Origin: Candidatus Thorarchaeota archaeon
GTDB taxonomy: Archaea > Asgardarchaeota > Thorarchaeia > Thorarchaeales > Thorarchaeaceae
Reading direction: 5' to 3'
DNA: 16,066 bases
NCBI GenBank assembly: GCA_020348985.1
Contig: CP070761.1
Coordinates: 191,830 to 207,895 of the forward strand
A model generated the notes under the pieces. The model was not told the DNA's origin. It ran no database searches and worked only from the letters and a program-made list of their open reading frames with translations. The stretch's first letter is position 1. The number at the start of each line of letters is the position of its first letter. Positions 1-7,809 of the stretch are shown piece by piece. The translations under genes and the position numbers were made by a program.

Positions 1-72
1 GTCTTCGAATCTTGAGAGATGAGTCCACTTCCAAAAGTCACCGTCCTGTGCGATGGTGTAAAATAATTCCAC
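1..72 (-). CDS. Partial hypothetical protein (N-terminus only, runs off the left edge)
   Basis: GTG at 72 opens MELFYTIAQDGDFWKWTHLSRFED with no stop before position 1. It is divergent from the roadblock gene. Only 24 codons are visible. Confidence 0.35.
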   Translation of the reverse strand, partial: MELFYTIAQDGDFWKWTHLSRFED

Positions 73-164
73 TCAAAGATAACAGCAAACTCTCTTATTG
101 TATTCTATTGGATGATGTTCTCCTCTGGTACCGACGCGACTTGTCACTTGTACGCGTTTTGCTC

Positions 165-180
165 AACTAAACTTTATTAA
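165..180 (+). promoter_or_regulatory. Putative archaeal BRE/TATA promoter of the roadblock gene
   Basis: An A-rich stretch (AACTAAAC) is followed by TTTATTAA (173-180), about 55 nt upstream of ATG 236 in a divergent intergenic region. Confidence 0.5.
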
Positions 181-235
181 TGCGCATCATACTCTGAAGC
201 TCAGCCAACCGAACCGCCGTTTGGGAGTTGCCGCC

Positions 236-619
236 ATGTTTGAACCAGGTTCTGCGGAACTGCAGGAGAAATTCAGAGAAATCATGGATGAGGCCACATC
301 TCTGTCAACCGGCGTCAAGGCATGGATGATTCTGTCAAAGGAAGGACTCCCAATTGCTCAAGCAGTCCCCGAAGGTCTAGAGGAAGCAGAGATGGCCGCG
401 ATGGCAGCAGCTATCTTAGGGGTTGCAGACTTGGCAGCCGAACGTATGGACCAAGGTCTACTCGAGGAGATTCTGCTCACGAATGAAGGTGGTCTGATGC
501 TCATCAAGAGTGCCGGAGAGGCAGCCATCCTCGTACTAGCTGCTGTTAAAACGATGAAACCAGGTTTGTTGGTTTACGCCGGGAAGACGGCGTGCGACAA
601 GATTGCCCCACTGCTCTAG
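236..619 (+). CDS. Roadblock/LC7 (MglB-like) domain protein
   Basis: Roadblock pattern GVKAWMILSKEGLPIA...MAAMAAAILGVA...LEEILLTNEGGLMLIKSAGEAAILVLAA...GLL. ATG 236 is preferred over TTG 221. The stop overlaps the S8 gene stop (616-619). Confidence 0.9.
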   Translation: MFEPGSAELQEKFREIMDEATSLSTGVKAWMILSKEGLPIAQAVPEGLEEAEMAAMAAAILGVADLAAERMDQGLLEEILLTNEGGLMLIKSAGEAAILVLAAVKTMKPGLLVYAGKTACDKIAPLL

Positions 620-2610
620 CTGGCTGTCCAACCGATCAGCCAATACACCGCTTGTAGGAGGAGTTTCGAGTTATCGTCAGACTGATATAGGCCGTGAAGT
701 GCCCAATTGTCTAGGAAGTAGTTTGTGCCAACTCCTATCACCCGTCCTCCATTTTCCCACTCGTTTCCAACCATAACAGTGCGCATCACCTCTAAATCCT
801 GATCGATCATCAGCTCAATAGAGGCCAACTCATATGCATTGCCGGTGTAGTTCATCGAACATCCCACGAAGTCGAACGAATCAACATCCTGTGTGACTCT
901 ATGTGATGCCAGTTTTGACACTAGTACTGTTGACGACACTCCCCCTATATGGATGACTATGGAAGGGATTGCGTCGTAGTTCATCGACATGTTGAATCGA
1001 CTTAGGAGCATATTGGCACCTTCGATGTCGATGCTATAATTGCTCAGACCTGCGACGAGAATCCCCCCGCCTTCTTTCCAGTAATTCTCGTATATATCAA
1101 GCTCTTCTGGAGTATAGCGCAGTGATCCATAATTGACAGCGGCGTCATCCACGATGATGCGATCCCAACTGCACGGGTCAACGATAAGGACTGCGTCATA
1201 GTTCTTTAGATTCTGAGCGCTCAGGTATGATCTTTCGGATATTTCCTCAACTGCAATGCCAACCTGAGTGATACGTTCGTAGAGTGCCCTGTACTGACCA
1301 TATATTGAATCCATCCACCAAGGTGTATGACTAATATCAAGGGCAATTCGTGCGAATGACACGGACAAATCAAGAGACAATCTTGACCTAATGTCTCTGT
1401 ACCCTGGTGCAACGAGCGTTATTAGAACCTGCAGCTCTTCAATGGGCAGAGAGGACAAAACCCTTACCCTCACCTTGAAACTGCCAGTCTGGTTGACAGA
1501 GACCAGATCCGCACTGCTCAGCCAAGATGCGCCTAGTCCTTGCAGAGAAATCTGGAAAGAAACATTCCTACTTGCAAAAACAGAGAACTCCAGAAAGTAC
1601 GAGGAATTGACGAACCAACGCTCAAATTCGTACGGGGCGTCAGTCGGTGTCATCCATGCGACCATGGGTAAGTCACCTTCCAGCGTTGAGTCACGCAGGA
1701 GCTTCTTTGCCTCTTCTAGATTTACAAGTCCAGAACCCACTTCCCAGGATTCTGAAGAGAGCGGGCTTGCGCTTGCCAAGAGCGTTGCTTTAATCATTCC
1801 AGGGGTCCATGACCAACCACTTAGCCTGCAAAAGGCAATAAGCTCGGCTGCAACGGCTGCTGCTTTTGGAGCGGCGAAGCTGGTTCCAAAGACGGCGCCT
1901 CCATTAATAATGTATGAACCCTGCGCGGATAGGTCTGGCTTTGCGGTTCGATTCCTCAGTGGTCCCCTTCCAGAAAAAGAATAAGGTTGTCCAATCTCGT
2001 CCACAGCCGCAACTGCGATCACCTCAGGAAAGACAGCAGGAGATTCAATCGAGCTGCCGGACACACCATTCTGGCCATTGTTTCCGACTGCTGCCGTGAT
2101 CATAACACCTTGACTGAATGCCCACTCTATTGTACTCCTTAGATGGTCGTTGTTGGATGGTGTACCTCCAATGCTGAGATTAATCACATCACAGTCCTGT
2201 TCACCGACCGCCCACCTGATGGCCTGGATAATGGCACTCTCAGAAGCAAAGTTGGTATCCGACACTACCTTGGCATTTATGATGACAGCATTAGGTGCAT
2301 TGCTCACGATGATCGAGGCAACATAAGTTCCATGAGGGGAATCATTGGGACTGCTATCATCTGTGGACTCGTCGGATTCTGAATAGCCAAAGCTCGAATT
2401 GATGAAGCTTTTCTCAGCAAGTATTAGTCCATCCAGAATGCCATCCTTCTCAATTCCAGAATCAATGACAGCAACCCTAACAGCGATGTCAGGCACAATG
2501 AGTGTGCGGGGAAGCACGACAATCGCCGTTCCCGTCGCAATCATGATCATGGTGGCTATTAGAATTGCAGTACCTCGCTTGGGACTACCAGGTATGTCCA
2601 TTTCATTCAT
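616..2610 (-). CDS. S8 (subtilisin-like) serine protease with N-terminal membrane anchor/signal and MBTPS1/Site-1-protease-like C-terminal region
   Basis: Intact triad and oxyanion motifs: VAVIDSG, HGTYVAS, AAVGNNG, GTSFAAP. Hydrophobic N-terminus (AILIATMIMIATGTAIVVL). C-terminal alpha/beta domain RIALDISH...YDAVLIVDP...YTPEEL...GRVIGVG. Start probably ATG 2610 or 2601, not 2700. Confidence 0.9.
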   Translation of the reverse strand: MNEMDIPGSPKRGTAILIATMIMIATGTAIVVLPRTLIVPDIAVRVAVIDSGIEKDGILDGLILAEKSFINSSFGYSESDESTDDSSPNDSPHGTYVASIIVSNAPNAVIINAKVVSDTNFASESAIIQAIRWAVGEQDCDVINLSIGGTPSNNDHLRSTIEWAFSQGVMITAAVGNNGQNGVSGSSIESPAVFPEVIAVAAVDEIGQPYSFSGRGPLRNRTAKPDLSAQGSYIINGGAVFGTSFAAPKAAAVAAELIAFCRLSGWSWTPGMIKATLLASASPLSSESWEVGSGLVNLEEAKKLLRDSTLEGDLPMVAWMTPTDAPYEFERWFVNSSYFLEFSVFASRNVSFQISLQGLGASWLSSADLVSVNQTGSFKVRVRVLSSLPIEELQVLITLVAPGYRDIRSRLSLDLSVSFARIALDISHTPWWMDSIYGQYRALYERITQVGIAVEEISERSYLSAQNLKNYDAVLIVDPCSWDRIIVDDAAVNYGSLRYTPEELDIYENYWKEGGGILVAGLSNYSIDIEGANMLLSRFNMSMNYDAIPSIVIHIGGVSSTVLVSKLASHRVTQDVDSFDFVGCSMNYTGNAYELASIELMIDQDLEVMRTVMVGNEWENGGRVIGVGTNYFLDNWALHGLYQSDDNSKLLLQAVYWLIGWTAS

Positions 2611-2744
2611 TCTATAGCTCACCGCAATCTCAAAGTACAACATGCCTGTTTGTTGTGCCAGAAACAGAATGTCTAGATAAAGCATCTGCGAATTCAGCAA
2701 AAGTTATCACTCATCCAGAAATTGCTCTGATGAGGTCACTCTGG

Positions 2745-3551
2745 ATGGTTATGGAAGATCCTGACGCGCACGAGATGTTCGATTCTGATGGTATTGGAAT
2801 ATTCATTCCAGGAACAGAATACGAGCGAGAAGTAGACTGGGGCGTTATGGTCAAGGTCTTCACCTACGTGGGAATCGCATTCTTCCTCATGTTCGTCTCT
2901 ACTTTCGTTCTCATATTCGGACTCATCGCAGTTGACCTAATCCACTTCGATCTCATTGCAGGAACAATAGAGTTTCGCCCTTGGTCCCTCGTCATTCTCA
3001 CGTTTTCTGAGATTGGTCTGATGATTCCTCCCATTGTGTATGTCAGAAGGAGAGGGCTCTCTCTAAGCGCTATTGGCCTAAGAAGGAGAATCAGTATCCC
3101 AACTGAAATCACTCTGGGGTTGGGAGTTGGCGCAGCCATGATAGTTGTCAACATTGTAGTGTCTTGGTTGATTTCTCAAGGCACTGGCATCGGAGGTGGA
3201 GACGAGGAGCTGTTCCTGGCCTATTCACCCGCAGAAGTTGTCGGATGGATTATAGTGATGTTCGTCATAGTGGGATTTGGAGAAGAGCTGCTCTTCAGGT
3301 CATTCTTACAGAGGCGAATGGAAACTTACCTTCTATCAAAGACGCGGCGCAACAAACTGGCGGCTTTGGTTGCCACAAGCATCCTTTTCTCTGCATTTCA
3401 TTTGGATGCATTCGGATTTCCTTTGAGATTCGCCCTGGGGATGATGCTCGGATATTTAGCTCAAAGAAGGAACTACTCGGTGTTGGGACCGTCTGTCGCT
3501 CACGGTCTGAATAATTCATTCCTTATCATAGCGGCTGCACTAGGATTCTAG
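2745..3551 (+). CDS. CPBP family (Abi/Rce1-like CAAX protease) intramembrane protease
   Basis: Multi-TM protein with the CPBP motifs GFGEELLFR (EExxxR), FSAFH (FxxxH) and AHGLNN (HxxxN). Start is probably ATG 2745 or 2751 after an SD-like GAGGT; the ORF-track start 2565 overlaps the S8 gene. Confidence 0.9.
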   Translation: MVMEDPDAHEMFDSDGIGIFIPGTEYEREVDWGVMVKVFTYVGIAFFLMFVSTFVLIFGLIAVDLIHFDLIAGTIEFRPWSLVILTFSEIGLMIPPIVYVRRRGLSLSAIGLRRRISIPTEITLGLGVGAAMIVVNIVVSWLISQGTGIGGGDEELFLAYSPAEVVGWIIVMFVIVGFGEELLFRSFLQRRMETYLLSKTRRNKLAALVATSILFSAFHLDAFGFPLRFALGMMLGYLAQRRNYSVLGPSVAHGLNNSFLIIAAALGF

Positions 3552-3566
3552 AGTATGACAATATAG

Positions 3567-3617
3567 TTTGGAGTATGGCCGGCAAATCAAGTAGACATTG
3601 CCGGCTGTTTACTCAAA
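3567..3617 (+). other. Long imperfect hairpin between convergent CPBP and dodecin genes
   Basis: GAGTA-TGGCCGGCAA (3571-3585) pairs with TTGCCGGCTG-TT-TACTC (3598-3614) around a 12-nt loop. The G-U pairs favour the + strand. Confidence 0.55.
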
Positions 3618-3640
3618 GACAGTATGGGATTCCAGATTCT

Positions 3641-3850
3641 TCACTCAGATTCGTACTTGAAGGCAACATGCACATTGGCCCTGAAGGCCGTAATCTTGTT
3701 GTCTTCGACCTTGCACGAAAACTTGACGACATCGATTCCAACAATACCTCTGAGTGACTTCGCCGCTACACCGAGGGCGCTATTGCATGCTTCTTCCCAG
3801 CTCTTGGGGCTCTCACCGATTAGTTCGATAATCTTTACTACGCTCACCAT
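3641..3850 (-). CDS. Dodecin family flavin-binding protein
   Basis: 69 aa: MVSVVKIIELIGESPKSWEEACNSALGVAAKSLRGI...KITAFRANVHVAF, the typical dodecin pattern. Start ATG 3850. Confidence 0.9.
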   Translation of the reverse strand: MVSVVKIIELIGESPKSWEEACNSALGVAAKSLRGIVGIDVVKFSCKVEDNKITAFRANVHVAFKYESE

Positions 3851-3930
3851 TCCACTCTCCTTGCGGATTATTAACACGGATGCATCGGTGCCTTATGGAT
3901 GTTGCCAAGAGTTGCGGATGCCTTGTCTGA

Positions 3931-5100
3931 CTAAGCCAGAGTCTTTCTTCTCGCAAAGACAAGCCAGGCCAAGAACAACATGAACGCAGAGAACGCCAGA
4001 ATGATGTTGATCTCGGCGCCGAATGTCGCGATAGGAACTCCTTTGAAAGCTGTATCAAAAATCATTATCCGGCCCATATTCAACGGCCAGAGTTCATCTA
4101 TGATGCCGACATCCATGAATCCGGTTCCCACAATGAACGACGAGAATAGGAGGAATAAGAAGCTCTGATTAGCCTGCAGTCTGGTCTTGCAGAGTGTCGA
4201 AATGAATACGCCCAGGGCTGCCCCTGAGATTGACATGAGACCACATACTATGTTCAATGTGAGATAGTCAGTGTTTGGACGAACTCCGAACATCAACATC
4301 CAAAGAATCAACATGAATTGAGCCTGAAGCACTCCCACTAGGAAGTAAGCTATGGTTTTTGAGAGAATCGCCTCCATCTTCGTCGCAGGTGTAAGCAACA
4401 TCCGATTCAGAGGAACATCACCCACGATAGCTTGAGCTGCAGTTGCAGCTACGCCAATGAACACTGCAAAGACGAGCAAAAACACTCCGAACGTTGCAGC
4501 GCTATAGTCGCCGACAGGTTCGAACTCCCTAATCCTTGCCGCTACGATTTCACCCTTAACCCAACCATGGTCTCTGCGAAACTCTGCAACGACATCACTA
4601 AACCCGCTGAAGACGGCAGCTTGATCCATGAAATTCGTGCTACTGATATGAATCTCGACAAAAGCGGGTATATCGTTCGTGATGTTTCCCTCGAAACCAT
4701 ACCCAAGAACTGCGTATGCGTTTACAATATCTTGGTACAACGCGACCAGTGCGTCATCTTCGTTCTCGTATGTGATGACAATGAAGTCGGGACTGTTACG
4801 CAAGTATTGAGTGAAGTTCTCTGATAGATCTTCACTTGGAAATGTATCAGATGGATCTTGATCCACAAGTCCCAATACCATCGCATCAGAGCTCTTGGTT
4901 TCGCCACCTCCGGCAAAGGGGCTACCTGCAGAACCCTGCTGAATCGCCACCCACATAGTTCCCATTATCATACCGGGAAGCATGAAGATCAAAACCAGCG
5001 CATAACGGTCATTCATTATGAGCCTTAGCTCCTTGAGGAGCATGGACCGAATACGCCAAATCTTCGTGTTCTTCTTCCTTGTGGATGACAAAGAATTCAC
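3931..5100 (-). CDS. ABC-2 type transporter permease
   Basis: N-terminal MLLKELRLIMND..LVLIFMLP, then an extracytoplasmic domain (LGLVDQD), LNRMLLTPATKMEAILSK and about 5 C-terminal TM helices. Start uncertain; GTG 5100 is used to avoid overlap with the glycosylase gene. Confidence 0.85.
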   Translation of the reverse strand: MNSLSSTRKKNTKIWRIRSMLLKELRLIMNDRYALVLIFMLPGMIMGTMWVAIQQGSAGSPFAGGGETKSSDAMVLGLVDQDPSDTFPSEDLSENFTQYLRNSPDFIVITYENEDDALVALYQDIVNAYAVLGYGFEGNITNDIPAFVEIHISSTNFMDQAAVFSGFSDVVAEFRRDHGWVKGEIVAARIREFEPVGDYSAATFGVFLLVFAVFIGVAATAAQAIVGDVPLNRMLLTPATKMEAILSKTIAYFLVGVLQAQFMLILWMLMFGVRPNTDYLTLNIVCGLMSISGAALGVFISTLCKTRLQANQSFLFLLFSSFIVGTGFMDVGIIDELWPLNMGRIMIFDTAFKGVPIATFGAEINIILAFSAFMLFLAWLVFARRKTLA

Positions 5101-5155
5101 CTGTCGTATGCTGTATGGCCTCGCCAACTGTGACTTATGAGTCTTCACTCGTCTC

Positions 5156-6049
5156 TTAATTGAGATATCCCAGAACTTCTGCTGACATAAGAAGGTAAAG
5201 GACCATTGGACCCGCACTTCCCCATGTCTTGGACTTTGCTTGGACTTCTTTTCTTGTCATTCGTTCGCCTCCTTTATACAATTCGCCAAGAACGTTGCGA
5301 ATGACAAGGTCGCCGAAAGGAAACTGGGAGAAATCCCCAAGGCCTGAAATCATTAGTAGTTCAATTGTCCACATACCCACGCCCCTGACGGATTCGAGCT
5401 GTGCCTTTACGCTTTCAGCATCTCTTCCTTTGAGGGAGTCCAGATCTAGCGTTCCTCTTGACACGAGCCTAGAGACTTCGGAGATGTATCCTGCCTTGTA
5501 ACCTACGCCAAACGAACGAAGCTGGGTCTCACTGAGAGTCGCCAAAGTTTGAGAGTCTGGAAACGAGAAGAGCTCAACGCCATCAAATCGAATAGGCTTT
5601 GCTGTTCCAAGAACTATTCGTTCTGTAAATCTGTTGGCGGCCTTGTAGGAAACCTGCTGCTGGATAACCGCTTTTACTAGAGCCTCGAACGGAGTATCTG
5701 CAGAGTATGGTCTTATCCCATTCAGCAATTGAGCATAATCTCGAATAACAGGATCACTCTTCATTGCCTCAATTGCAGGTCCGGTGTCAACTTGGAGCCC
5801 AAGCGTCCAAATCATCTTATCACGGACCTCACTTTCACAGACGCTCTCGTTGTCCCACTTGATTCTTGGTCTATCACCAGATTGGTGCTGTTCTATTATG
5901 ACAGCAGCTTTCCCAGACTTGAAAGAGAAGACTCTACCAAAACAGCAGTTCCAGGTCTTCTCAGGAACTGGTTGTATCTCAGGATAGATCCATGAGTGAA
6001 CGGATGCCATAAGATCGTAGCCATCTGGAGAATCAAGGGTCGTATCCAT
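5156..6049 (-). CDS. alkA: DNA-3-methyladenine glycosylase, AlkA-like (HhH-GPD superfamily)
   Basis: PFEALVKAVIQQQVS, FPDSQTLA, GVGYKAGYI, HhH motif LESVRGVGMWTIE, and the catalytic Asp region FPFGDLVIR. Confidence 0.85.
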   Translation of the reverse strand: MDTTLDSPDGYDLMASVHSWIYPEIQPVPEKTWNCCFGRVFSFKSGKAAVIIEQHQSGDRPRIKWDNESVCESEVRDKMIWTLGLQVDTGPAIEAMKSDPVIRDYAQLLNGIRPYSADTPFEALVKAVIQQQVSYKAANRFTERIVLGTAKPIRFDGVELFSFPDSQTLATLSETQLRSFGVGYKAGYISEVSRLVSRGTLDLDSLKGRDAESVKAQLESVRGVGMWTIELLMISGLGDFSQFPFGDLVIRNVLGELYKGGERMTRKEVQAKSKTWGSAGPMVLYLLMSAEVLGYLN

Positions 6050-6159
6050 TTTGGTCCTGACTCCATTCTATTCACTGATTTTCGCAAGCTCTAGGGATCA
6101 AGTTACACGGCAACACGGTTATATCTGACGCCAGGGATTTGGAGAAACAGGGAAATGCC

Positions 6160-6549
6160 ATGAGTGCCAGGAAATCTCGTTCGACACTCCTTTTGGCTAT
6201 TGTCGCAACCGCCCTTCTGAATGCTGGTCTGTTCTTCCTATTGTTCATCTTCACCTCACTTGTGGCTGGTCTCATTATGGGGTACTTCTTGAGGGAGGCA
6301 CGTCTGTCGGCTTTGATCAGCTTTCTTGGTGCCATGGGAACATTCGTTCCCCTTCAGTTGTTGTTCTCGCAGTCATTGATGCAGTACTTGGTAGACACAG
6401 GGCTCTATTCTATGGACCAAATCCTAGCGGCTCTTCCGCTATTCTACATGCTTCTCTTAATTTCAGCAGTCTTGTTGTCAGTAGGCGGCCTTTTGGGCGG
6501 ATATCTCGGGACCAAGATAGCACGGCAGGAGAGCACGTTGGATCGTTGA
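6160..6549 (+). CDS. Small integral membrane protein (about 4 TM, DUF5518-like)
   Basis: Hydrophobic helices with Gly-rich packing motifs (LVAGLIMGY, GGLLGGYLG). Start ATG 6160. Confidence 0.7.
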   Translation: MSARKSRSTLLLAIVATALLNAGLFFLLFIFTSLVAGLIMGYFLREARLSALISFLGAMGTFVPLQLLFSQSLMQYLVDTGLYSMDQILAALPLFYMLLLISAVLLSVGGLLGGYLGTKIARQESTLDR

Positions 6550-6550
6550 G

Positions 6551-7699
6551 CTATGTGTCAACAACGATTCTGCCAGGAGTGAAGTCAGCCTCGGGCCCAA
6601 TCGTTGTCCTTCTCATAGGATTGCCAAACATTTTCCATTCAAGAAGTGACAGCGATTGATGAGAAGGTAACACTGGCTGTTCTCCCGTTCGAGCAAGATC
6701 AATCTCCTTGACAATTTCCTCGTCAAGTCGTTCATAGATTTCTCGATCCACATTGACCTTCACTTGTCCGATTACATCGTACGTATCCAATAGGTCCAAG
6801 AATCCCCATTTCACGCCGTCTGCAAATGGGCAATCACGCCAGTCATCATATGGCTCGCTGTTGTTCACTGTGTCGAGGGTCGCACCCAAGTAACATGCTC
6901 CTTGATCAAGGAACGCCTTTAGCAAAAGCCCCTCCTGAGCTGTGCTGCAAGCTTCAGAGAACACAAGAGGGTATCCCTCAAAACGGATGCTTGCTGCATG
7001 CTCATGGCTAAGAATGACAGAGTTGTGAGACGCCCATCTATCGGGGGATCCGTGGATTCTCTGCGTATAGACTCCGTCCGAGAATTGTAGTATGAACTCA
7101 GAAACCGACAACAGCCTCGCCTCATCGGGAGTGAATCTCTTCAGCACTTCAACATCAAGACCAAGACTTGCGAGGCCTTCAACGTGACGTGACGACCGGC
7201 CTGGCTGTGAATCGAAGACAATGGCGATATTACTATCAATTACCATTGGGTCCATATGGTATAGGATTGTTTCAGAAGGGCCCAAGATTCGTCCAACAGG
7301 AGTATCCGGAAGACCGTCTCCGTCAACATCCTGATAGAAGAAATCTGTAGTTGCCAAGCTCCCTTCATGACCTATCTGAGTTGAAGGTATCTGCTTGTCT
7401 GTGCCAATCAACAGGAGAGCTTCGTGTTTCCCAATTTCGAAAGTCTTGCGGATGTTCTTATGGACTGTTATCCATGAGGCTGCAGACTCCTCAACGAAAT
7501 CCGCTTCTATCTCTTGAGACTTCTCCCTGTACTTCGAGATGTCTTCCTTACTAACTCTCCCACAGACTACCAGAAGCTTGCTTAGCTCGTCTCGTGGTGT
7601 CCTACCAACCTCGAAGGCTAGCTCTTCTTCCGTTCTCTTCTTTCGAAAGACCTTTCGTATCTCGTTGATAGATCCGAGGCGCTTCTGAATGATGTTCAT
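6551..7699 (-). CDS. Peptidase C25 (gingipain)-like cysteine protease, clan CD
   Basis: Collinear C25 motifs: LLLIG..IP, TDFFYQDVDGDGLPDTPVGRI, HGSP..W (putative catalytic His), PLVFSEACST (putative catalytic Cys), AFLDQGACYLGAT, MFGNP. Start ATG 7699 (alternatively GTG 7711). Confidence 0.7.
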   Translation of the reverse strand: MNIIQKRLGSINEIRKVFRKKRTEEELAFEVGRTPRDELSKLLVVCGRVSKEDISKYREKSQEIEADFVEESAASWITVHKNIRKTFEIGKHEALLLIGTDKQIPSTQIGHEGSLATTDFFYQDVDGDGLPDTPVGRILGPSETILYHMDPMVIDSNIAIVFDSQPGRSSRHVEGLASLGLDVEVLKRFTPDEARLLSVSEFILQFSDGVYTQRIHGSPDRWASHNSVILSHEHAASIRFEGYPLVFSEACSTAQEGLLLKAFLDQGACYLGATLDTVNNSEPYDDWRDCPFADGVKWGFLDLLDTYDVIGQVKVNVDREIYERLDEEIVKEIDLARTGEQPVLPSHQSLSLLEWKMFGNPMRRTTIGPEADFTPGRIVVDT

Positions 7700-7809
7700 T
7701 TCCTGTCTCACGTGGCATCACGAAATCAGGATAATACACTTTCTATGCTGACTGCGGAATTTACCATCTGGAAACACTTGAGACTGCGTTTCTTGCTCCT
7801 CTTATTTCA

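Noticed and set aside
1391-1984. 197-aa + strand ORF and other short antisense ORFs nested in genes (e.g. 4432-4824, 6072-6335, 8888-9193, 10973-11347)
   Set aside because: They lie antisense to well-supported genes and have no recognisable motifs.
2728-2775. CTGATGAG resembling a hammerhead ribozyme core
   Set aside because: No GAAA follows the possible stem II, and the sequence doubles as the ribosome-binding and start region of the CPBP gene.
3555-3630. SECIS interpretation of the hairpin after the CPBP gene
   Set aside because: The upper helix is about twice canonical length, and the upstream gene has no in-frame TGA (it ends in TAG).
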